IMG/VR virus record: IMGVR_UViG_3300033067_001503
Span: 1-49,205 of that record
Length of the DNA stretch: 49,205 nt
DNA from: a virus
Lineage: Duplodnaviria > Caudoviricetes
Direction: 5' to 3' (one strand)
The notes under the pieces are model-generated. The model was not told the DNA's origin and ran no database searches. It saw only the letters and a program-made list of their open reading frames with translations. Both the position numbers and the translations under genes were made by a program. Numbering within the stretch: position 1 is the stretch's first letter; every line of letters starts with the position of its first letter. This document shows, piece by piece, positions 42,572-49,205 of the stretch.

Positions 42572-43955
42572 CGATCGACCTCAGAAATTCGGGGAGAATG
42601 ACGGGGTGTGTCGGAAGATAGTCAGGTCTGTCGCGTTGCATCCCCCGGATCAACGCGGACGAAATGGACGCCGTGTGCTTGACCATTGCCGCAGCCATGC
42701 GTTCCGCGTCTGCTTCCTTTCGGCGGATATTGGCGACGACCGCGCCCTCGGTTTCCGCCGCGATAAACTGGACGTTGACGGGCTTTTTCTGCCCAAAGCG
42801 CCAGAAACGGCGGATTGCCTGATAGACCTGCTCGAAACTATCGTTAAGGCCGACAAATCCAGTGTCTGCGCAGTGCTGCCAGTTCATGCCAAATCCAGCG
42901 ACTCCTGCCTTTGTGACCAGAATGCGCGTGCGACCCTCGGAAAAATCGTTGAGCTTGCGCTCCTTGACTTCGTCGCTATCCGAACCTCGCGTCTCGACGG
43001 CGCCTGGGATGGCTTTGACCAGCGCCTCGCTCTCGGCATTGAGATTGCACCACCAGACAAACGGGCGATCGGCCGGGGTGATCGATGCTGCGAGCGCAAC
43101 ACGTTCTGCAACAGTGTCGCGCCGCGCGGCGATGCGCTCCGACATGCTTCGGGCTTCCATCGGAAACAGCGTTCCAGCATCCAGCGACGGAGCGTAATCG
43201 ACGCTGACGACATGTTGGGTCTGGATCAGCGGCGGCAGGTCATAACCGTCATTCGGATAGCCAAGGTCGGACGGCTTGCGGAGCATCACCGCCCACGATG
43301 CCATCCACTTCCAGAACTCGTTTTCGGCATGGCCTTTGAGACGCCATTTCTGCGTGTCTCCGCCATCGTGCGTGAAGAACGTGGCGAGCATGTCGGTGTA
43401 GGACATCACGCCAAGGAACTCGGCATGGTTGCCAAGCTCCATGAAGTCATTCGGGCTTGGCGTGGCGGTCGCGGCAAGCCGGAACGGCACCCTGGCGCAT
43501 TCCTCGATCAATCGCGTGCGATAGTGGCCGTCCGTCGATTTCAGGATCGACGACTCGTCAAGGACGACGCCGCCGAAAACCGACAGGTCGAAGTGATCCA
43601 TCTTCTGGTAATTGGTGACGTTGATGCCGGCGCCGATGTCGGCACCTGTGGATACGATCCGCGCATCAATGCCGAATTTCCGAGCCTCTCGAATGTGCTG
43701 CGCGGCCACAGCCAGCGGCGCAAAGACGATGACCGGCTTACCAGTGTGCGCTGCGACAGCATCGGCCCAGACCAGTTCGATCAATGTCTTGCCGAGCCCG
43801 GTGCCGGCGAATACCGCAGCGCGCCCTCTACGGAGCGCCCATGCCGTGATGTCTCGCTGATGCGCAAAGAGGAAAGGTGGCAGTTCCGGCACCGTCTTGA
43901 ACCCCGTCATCGGGTCAAGGATGCGCTTGCGTTCGAGAAAGTCCGCGTAGCTCAC
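42558..43955 (-). CDS. SNF2-like SF2 helicase
   Basis: GTGLGKT, LDESSILK, ATATPSPND, GFGMNWQ, QAIRRFWRFGQ. Confidence 0.9.
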   Translation of the reverse strand: MSYADFLERKRILDPMTGFKTVPELPPFLFAHQRDITAWALRRGRAAVFAGTGLGKTLIELVWADAVAAHTGKPVIVFAPLAVAAQHIREARKFGIDARIVSTGADIGAGINVTNYQKMDHFDLSVFGGVVLDESSILKSTDGHYRTRLIEECARVPFRLAATATPSPNDFMELGNHAEFLGVMSYTDMLATFFTHDGGDTQKWRLKGHAENEFWKWMASWAVMLRKPSDLGYPNDGYDLPPLIQTQHVVSVDYAPSLDAGTLFPMEARSMSERIAARRDTVAERVALAASITPADRPFVWWCNLNAESEALVKAIPGAVETRGSDSDEVKERKLNDFSEGRTRILVTKAGVAGFGMNWQHCADTGFVGLNDSFEQVYQAIRRFWRFGQKKPVNVQFIAAETEGAVVANIRRKEADAERMAAAMVKHTASISSALIRGMQRDRPDYLPTHPVILPEFLRSIDAAA

Positions 43956-44137
43956 GCCTTCCCTCCCCGCAGAGCTTCCCCTGCCTGAAGTGTCCGCAAA
44001 TTCCGCTGAGATGGCTGCGACGGTTTGCGCTGGCTGCAATACGCCAGTGAGCGAACGTAGCGAATCGACAACAACCCTTTGCCGGCGCATGATGTTTGCG
44101 TGGGAGTTGTCTTGTTATGCAGTAAGGGGTTGCTGCG

Positions 44138-44398
44138 ATGGCGAAGGAAGCCAAGCATATCCGCGACACGCTTTGCTCCAGACTTTGGAAGGTCGAAATA
44201 TTGGGAGGCGGCTTGGGCCGCTTCATCTTGACCGTCGATACCGTCACGGACGATGGGAGTCCCGGTCAGGAAATAGTTGCGAAAATCGTTCTGCCCCTCG
44301 ATGCCGTTCCCGATGCCATCATCAAGGCGAGCACCGCCTGCGCGGTTACGCTGGTAGGTTCCGTCAAGCGGATGTTGCCCGCGTCCCCGCTCCATTGA
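44138..44398 (+). CDS. hypothetical antisense protein downstream of cro
   Basis: AAGGGG RBS; convergent with cro. Confidence 0.45.
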   Translation: MAKEAKHIRDTLCSRLWKVEILGGGLGRFILTVDTVTDDGSPGQEIVAKIVLPLDAVPDAIIKASTACAVTLVGSVKRMLPASPLH

Positions 44399-44400
44399 CA

Positions 44401-44592
44401 TCAGGCGGCGCGCTCCGGGGCGTGGTCTTCAACCCACTTCGCCAGCGCGCCAGCCGCCGTCCCTTGGGTCGGAACGCCTACGTTCTCCCACCGCCAGATG
44501 GTGGCGATGTTGACGCCGAAATGTTTGCCGAGGTCGGACTGCGAAAGTCCAAGCCGCTTACGGGTTTCGACGATCTGCTGAGGGGTGACCAT
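44401..44592 (-). CDS. cro: Cro-like HTH regulator
   Basis: RKRLGLSQSDLGKHFGVNIATIWRWE; divergent from cI. Confidence 0.88.
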   Translation of the reverse strand: MVTPQQIVETRKRLGLSQSDLGKHFGVNIATIWRWENVGVPTQGTAAGALAKWVEDHAPERAA

Positions 44593-44597
44593 GCCTT

Positions 44598-44660
44598 GTT
44601 ATGCATTTTGCGTAGCGCGTTGTCAACGCCTTTTGCGTATTGCAGTATGCAAAATGCGGC
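44598..44660. promoter_or_regulatory. OR operators and PR promoter
   Basis: TATGCATTTTGCGTA (44600), AACGCCTTTTGCGTA (44625), TATGCAAAATGCGGC (44646); minus-strand TTGACA-N17-CATAAC. Confidence 0.82.
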
Positions 44661-44663
44661 TTG

Positions 44664-45263
44664 ATGGAAACCGTGTCAGACCGACTCAGGCAAGCTCGCG
44701 AGGCCGCAGGCTTCGAGAACGCCCGCGAGGCTGCCAATGCGCTCGGCCTGACCTATTCCACTTACGCCGGCCATGAGAACGGCAGCCGAGGCCCGCGCCG
44801 CGAACAGCTCCTGCAGTACGCGCGCAAGTTCAAGGTTTCGACCGACTGGCTTTTGACCGGCAAGGGACCGCCGCCAATCGGGCCGCGCCAGGTTCCCGTC
44901 ATGGGATATGTCGGAGCCGGAGCCGTCGCGCACTTCTACGGTGAAGCACAAGGCCCGTTCGACATGGTGCCCGCACCCGACGACGCAACCCCGGAAACCG
45001 TAGCTGTGGAAATTCGCGGCGAGAGCTTGGGCGCGCTATTCGACCAGTGGCTCGTTTTCTACGATGAAGTCAGGACGCCCGTAACGCCTGACATGGTTGG
45101 CCGGCTGTGCGTCGTCGGCCTTCCTGACGACCGCGTGCTGGTAAAGCAGATAAAGCGCTCGAAAACGCCGGGATTCTACCACTTGCTGTCAAATACCGAG
45201 GGGCCGATCCTCGACGTCGAAATAGTGTGGGCGGCCAAAGTGAAGCACATGGTTCCTCGCTGA
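44664..45263 (+). CDS. cI: CI-like repressor (HTH + S24 peptidase)
   Basis: N-terminal XRE HTH; VGAG cleavage site, RGES serine, VKQ lysine. Confidence 0.9.
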   Translation: METVSDRLRQAREAAGFENAREAANALGLTYSTYAGHENGSRGPRREQLLQYARKFKVSTDWLLTGKGPPPIGPRQVPVMGYVGAGAVAHFYGEAQGPFDMVPAPDDATPETVAVEIRGESLGALFDQWLVFYDEVRTPVTPDMVGRLCVVGLPDDRVLVKQIKRSKTPGFYHLLSNTEGPILDVEIVWAAKVKHMVPR

Positions 45264-45790
45264 TCCCATAGCTTCTGCCCTTTCCGCCTTGAAGCATGGG
45301 GCGGATGCCCGGCTCCAAGCCCCTGACTAAGGGGAGGCCTTGCGGCCCGCGTACTCAGTTCCCTTCCTCGCCCTTGCGGGTCGAGCCGGTGCATTGTCCC
45401 TGCACCGTCGCCAGCGGCTTTTTTCGGCGCCGCCACGCTTGATGTCGGCCGGGGAGTCAACCCGGTGACGATACCGAGCGCTTTCAACCGTTCCGGGGGA
45501 TGCCCGACGCTTCAAGGCCGCAGGATGCAATGGGCACAGCAGAGCCTGCGAATTTGTTGATTCCGGCGAAGAGGTCGCCGGCAGCCTGGGGGAGTTCATG
45601 CGCCGGGAAAGTCGGAGCTGGCGGGACAACACCCGTGAAGACCGCCGCCTTAACGCGTCTCAACGCAATATCCTGCCGGGAACCTCCGATCAGACGCAAG
45701 AAATTGCGAGAAATGCGTCGCGAGACAGCGAAAACCGTTGCTATTGTAAGTGGGTTTGTGTAGAACGGCTTTGACATTTGCCCTGTCTCG

Positions 45791-45829
45791 CGGCCCGGCC
45801 GGACTCTCCCCGCCGGGCCGTTTCTTATT
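45791..45829 (+). terminator. intrinsic terminator-like hairpin
   Basis: CGGCCCGGC...GCCGGGCCG followed by TTTCTTATT. Confidence 0.6.
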
Positions 45830-45860
45830 AGCCCGCTGATTTCCGGTCTGCAAGAAAAAT

Positions 45861-45911
45861 TACGCATTTTGCATTTTGGCTGTTGACGTGGTTATGCATT
45901 TTGCGTAGTCT
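45861..45911 (+). promoter_or_regulatory. OL operators and PL promoter
   Basis: TACGCATTTTGCATT (45861), TATGCATTTTGCGTA (45893, identical to the OR site); TTGACG-N17-TAGTCT. Confidence 0.85.
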
Positions 45912-45956
45912 CTCTCCATCACCGAAGCAAACCCGCATCGGTTTTAGGAGGCAGAG

Positions 45957-46397
45957 ATGGCGAGCACCGTAAGTATCGAACTGGACCTGGCTGTCGTGCA
46001 GGAGGCCATCCACGCGAAGGTGCAGCCTGCCGTCGAGGCCATCCTGTCCACCGTGGACCTGCCGAGCCTCATCGAAAAGGCGCTACTCAAGGAACAGCCG
46101 ATCCCATCCAGATACTCGCTGACGGCGATGATGTATTGGGCGGACAGCCGCCTTGGTCGCCCCATCGATGCACTCGTAGACGACGCCCTCGCGGAAGCCG
46201 CCAAGGCTTACGTGGCAGCAGCGGTGAAAGCCGAGCGTCCGAAGATCGAGGCTGCCTTTCAGAAGATGCTTAGCAACAGTTCCAGCAAGTTGGCGCGCAC
46301 CATGTTCCGAGCGCTGAACGGCGCGCTCGAAAGCGACTGGGGCTTCACCATCAACACACAGATCGAGGCGAAGGAACCCAGCCGTTACGACGACTGA
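45957..46397 (+). CDS. hypothetical protein, first gene of PL operon
   Basis: AGGAGG RBS. Confidence 0.7.
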   Translation: MASTVSIELDLAVVQEAIHAKVQPAVEAILSTVDLPSLIEKALLKEQPIPSRYSLTAMMYWADSRLGRPIDALVDDALAEAAKAYVAAAVKAERPKIEAAFQKMLSNSSSKLARTMFRALNGALESDWGFTINTQIEAKEPSRYDD

Positions 46398-46449
46398 GGC
46401 CCCCGCCTAACCATTCACCCAGCCCAACCGCATCGGATGGAGAACGAAG

Positions 46450-46641
46450 ATGGCTACGAGCACCTACTACACGACGCAGAACGGTGAATGGCGTGTGGCC
46501 GTGCGTCTGGATGACGACCGCATTTGCATAACCGACCCTGCGAAGTACGCGAGCGAAGCCGCCGCAACATTGGCGGCCATCGCTGCGCATCACGCCAAGC
46601 CTTTCATGAACTACGTCGCAGTAAAGGCGCGCCAGTCATGA
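46450..46641 (+). CDS. hypothetical protein
   Basis: GGAG RBS, ATGA overlap. Confidence 0.6.
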   Translation: MATSTYYTTQNGEWRVAVRLDDDRICITDPAKYASEAAATLAAIAAHHAKPFMNYVAVKARQS

Positions 46642-46937
46642 GATTCCAAGCTTATCCTGCAGTTGCCGAAGTATCGTTCGACTGCCCCTCGTGCGGCAAA
46701 CAGAAACGCAAGCGTTCGTTCCGCGTCGAGTGCACCGTCAATCCATTCAACAGACGTGAGGACGGCGAAATCCGAACGCCCGACGAGGTTCGCCAGCAGT
46801 CACGCGTAGAGGCGGAGCGGCGGCGAGAAGAGTTCATGCGCAAGCCGCTGTGCGCCACCTGCGAGAACAACCTCTCTTTTGCCGAACAAAGGCGCCTGAA
46901 CGCCGAGCGTCGCGGCGCCACCCACCCCGCCGCCTAA
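46638..46937 (+). CDS. hypothetical zinc-binding protein
   Basis: CPSC...CATC; ATGA overlap. Confidence 0.6.
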   Translation: MRFQAYPAVAEVSFDCPSCGKQKRKRSFRVECTVNPFNRREDGEIRTPDEVRQQSRVEAERRREEFMRKPLCATCENNLSFAEQRRLNAERRGATHPAA

Positions 46938-46953
46938 CCCGGAGGACACGAAC

Positions 46954-47163
46954 ATGACCGCGAAGCCCGACAATCAGGTGGTGCGTAACCCGACGAATAT
47001 GCCGTGGGCCGTTTATCGCTGTGACCTCATCGGACGCGGCGAAGTTCCCCGTAACGAGCGGTTTGTCAGCGGGCACCTTTCGCCATCCGACGCCATGGAA
47101 GCAGCGAACACGCTGAAGCGCTCTGATCGGCAGCATTCTTACACGGTGGGAGCCGCGCAATGA
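46954..47163 (+). CDS. hypothetical protein
   Basis: GGAGG RBS within the repeat. Confidence 0.6.
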   Translation: MTAKPDNQVVRNPTNMPWAVYRCDLIGRGEVPRNERFVSGHLSPSDAMEAANTLKRSDRQHSYTVGAAQ

Positions 47164-47798
47164 GCTTCGTCTTCGCCCTTTTCAGCAAGACGGACATCAT
47201 CGTCCGCCCGTGGCTTGAAGCGGGTTATGACGCCGTCATCGTCGATTTGCAGCACACCGCAGGTGAGCAGCGCGAAGGCAGGCTTACGCGGATCGGCGCG
47301 GACATGCTGACTTGGGTTCCGCCGAAGTGGATGGCGGAGCGTCGGGCTCTGTTCGGCGCAGCATTCCCGCCGTGCGATCACATGGCGGTATCGGGCGCGC
47401 GCTGGTTCGCCGGCAAAGGCCTTGGGAAGCTCGCTGACAGCATCCGGCTTTTCGAGCGCGCCGCATTCTGGTGCGAGTGGTTCGACGCGCCATACCTCAT
47501 CGAGAACCCGGTCAGCACGATATCGAGCTACTGGCGCAAGCCCGACCACACGTTTCACCCGTGGGAGTTTTCCGGTTTCGAGCCGGCAGATGGCTACACG
47601 AAAAAGACGTGCCTCTGGACAGGCAACGGCTTCGTCATGCCGGCCCCGAATTTCCAGACCGGCATTGAGCCGGACGACCGAATTCACAAGGCACCGCCTT
47701 CGGACGGTCGGGCTGACTTCCGGTCGGCAACACCGCTCGGCTTTGCGCGTGCGTGTTTCGAAGCAAACAAACATGGCGCGCTGGAACGCGCCGCCTAA
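47160..47798 (+). CDS. Dcm-like C5 cytosine methyltransferase-like protein
   Basis: FPPC (motif IV), IENP (motif VI), YTKKTCLW, RSATPLGFA. Confidence 0.8.
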   Translation: MSFVFALFSKTDIIVRPWLEAGYDAVIVDLQHTAGEQREGRLTRIGADMLTWVPPKWMAERRALFGAAFPPCDHMAVSGARWFAGKGLGKLADSIRLFERAAFWCEWFDAPYLIENPVSTISSYWRKPDHTFHPWEFSGFEPADGYTKKTCLWTGNGFVMPAPNFQTGIEPDDRIHKAPPSDGRADFRSATPLGFARACFEANKHGALERAA

Positions 47799-47814
47799 CC
47801 CGGAGGACACGAAC

Positions 47815-48066
47815 ATGCGCCACGTCACCAGCCTTCGCTATTCGATGTCGCACTGCCCGGAAGGCGAAGCTCCGAGCAACTGGCGCGTCTATGACCACGT
47901 CGCCCAACGCACCGTCGAGGGCTGGCTGACACGCCCGGAAGCCGAAGCGCTCATTGCCGACCTGCTTGGCGAGGAACCCGACGACGAACCCGAATTCATG
48001 GATGCAGACGACCGCGCTGCTTCCCGTGCCGACGCGAAATACCAGCAGGACAAGGAGTGGGCGTGA
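47815..48066 (+). CDS. hypothetical protein
   Basis: ATG within the repeat. Confidence 0.6.
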   Translation: MRHVTSLRYSMSHCPEGEAPSNWRVYDHVAQRTVEGWLTRPEAEALIADLLGEEPDDEPEFMDADDRAASRADAKYQQDKEWA

Positions 48067-48344
48067 TGGAAACCGAATTCATCGCATTGACCGACGATGG
48101 CGAGCGCATGACGTGCCGGATGCCGGCGGACGAAACACTGGTCGAAGTGCGCCTCAAAGGCGGCGCGACGACGCTGGCTTACTACTCCTGCAACATCATG
48201 GAGTCTGGCGACTACGACTTCATGCCGGTTGATCAGGATGGCGAGCCGACAGACGGCGACAGCCTCATCAGCGATGTCGATGCTTGGCGTCCATACCGTG
48301 CATCCCGTGCCGATGACGAGCATCAGCGGCGGATGGAGGGGTGA
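48066..48344 (+). CDS. hypothetical protein
   Basis: AAGGAG RBS; ends RASRADDEHQRRMEG. Confidence 0.6.
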   Translation: METEFIALTDDGERMTCRMPADETLVEVRLKGGATTLAYYSCNIMESGDYDFMPVDQDGEPTDGDSLISDVDAWRPYRASRADDEHQRRMEG

Positions 48345-48348
48345 GGTA

Positions 48349-48567
48349 ATGTCTGGTTTGCCAGGTTACGACGCATGGAAGACTGAATCGCCAGAGGATG
48401 AACGCGAGCGGATATTTGGTCCTCTCTGTCCATTCTGCGGTGCCTATTCACCTAGGCAATGTGAACTCGAAGAAGAAACGGACGGGAACTGCCCTTGGGA
48501 AATGAGCGAACCAGACCCTGATGAACTCAGGGAATTACGCCAAGAGCGGGGATTGATGGAGGGGTGA
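48349..48567 (+). CDS. hypothetical protein (GYDAWK...CPFC)
   Basis: GAGG RBS; lower GC; ends MEG. Confidence 0.6.
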   Translation: MSGLPGYDAWKTESPEDERERIFGPLCPFCGAYSPRQCELEEETDGNCPWEMSEPDPDELRELRQERGLMEG

Positions 48568-48568
48568 A

Positions 48569-48844
48569 ATGACGCGTGAACTGAACCATAGCCGCGTGGC
48601 GCTGCCCGAGCATACCGCGCTGAAGCGCAAGGGCGGCGGCGATGTCGAGGTCTGGAACAACTTCGTCACGGGCGAGCATCCGCACATCACGCTTGTCGTC
48701 CCGACCAATGAGAATTGGGAGGCCGTCGACCTGACGCCCAACGAGGCGCGCGCCGTCGCAGCCCTGCTGATGGCGGCGGCCGATAACCAGGAAGCCCGCG
48801 CATCCCGTGCCGATGACGAGCATCAGCGGCGGATGGAGGGGTGA
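48569..48844 (+). CDS. hypothetical protein
   Basis: LTPNEARAVAALL..AAD motif; ends RASRADDEHQRRMEG. Confidence 0.6.
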   Translation: MTRELNHSRVALPEHTALKRKGGGDVEVWNNFVTGEHPHITLVVPTNENWEAVDLTPNEARAVAALLMAAADNQEARASRADDEHQRRMEG

Positions 48845-48845
48845 G

Positions 48846-49091
48846 ATGACGAGTTACGCTGAGTTGAACAAGATTGCAGCCGATGCCGACAAAGCATGGA
48901 CTGCCGCCTATCTCGCGGTGTGTCCCAAGGGTGTTTGGCCGGGTGACTTTCGTTACACGGCAGCATCTCGCGGCGCCGAGGGCAGCGATCTTCGCAAGCT
49001 CTACGATGAGTTTGTCCGCGCTGGCGAGGCTGCTCACGAGGCATTCCTCACTCTTGATGGTCGATGCACCTGCTGCATGCCTGACCATTGA
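48846..49091 (+). CDS. hypothetical protein
   Basis: GGAGG RBS supplied by the repeat. Confidence 0.5.
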   Translation: MTSYAELNKIAADADKAWTAAYLAVCPKGVWPGDFRYTAASRGAEGSDLRKLYDEFVRAGEAAHEAFLTLDGRCTCCMPDH

Positions 49092-49205
49092 AGCCGGACA
49101 GGGAGAAGAAACGATGGCGAACGCCGCGTTCAACTGGATGGCTCATCACCCGTGGCCGACGCTGTGGCTCATCCTGCCGCTGTGCGTCGCGCTGCCCTGC
49201 TGGAT

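Larger units (their letters stand above)
46928..47817 (+). repeat. 29-bp direct repeat CGCCGCCTAACCCGGAGGACACGAACATG (46928-46956, 47789-47817)
   Basis: Exact copies, each spanning stop codon, RBS and ATG. Confidence 0.92.
48300..48845 (+). repeat. 46-bp direct repeat (48300-48345, 48800-48845) with partial copy 48555-48567
   Basis: GCATCCCGTGCCGATGACGAGCATCAGCGGCGGATGGAGGGGTGAG occurs twice exactly. Confidence 0.93.

Noticed and set aside
48300-48845. CRISPR array or integron attC sites
   Set aside because: Only two full copies with whole genes between them; no cas genes, integron integrase or attC palindromes
1-49205. Complete circular genome
   Set aside because: Ends show no overlap and no recombinase/SSB genes are seen, so part of the early operon probably lies outside the window

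Overview
The window covers most of a GC-rich temperate alphaproteobacterial (Rhizobiales-like) podophage. It appears to be in the non-integrated configuration: an intact attP (3' part of tRNA-Pro(CGG)) has phage DNA on both sides, and both window ends fall in the same early operon. In order: early genes with xis/int and attP (1-4.5 kb); a C5-methyltransferase-like gene and small ORFs; a tRNA-like RNA and a seven-member tRNA array (5.8-6.6 kb); lysis, tail, ejection, head and packaging genes of P22-like type on the minus strand (6.6-29.2 kb); a second, damaged tRNA locus broken by an IS1595-family remnant with passenger genes (29.5-31.7 kb); an EndoVII homing-type nuclease and RtcB; replication/nin-like genes (33.5-44 kb); the cro/cI switch with five operators; and the start of the PL early operon, where unrelated small genes end in identical boundary repeats. 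The most interesting candidate system is a translation-rescue module: RtcB plus two paralogous tRNA loci sharing a promoter/MNR-x4-DRP leader, with non-canonical tRNAs (D-armless Tyr, short-variable-arm Leu, altered anticodon loops) and a divergent tRNA-like RNA. All calls come from motif recognition by eye; no searches were run.
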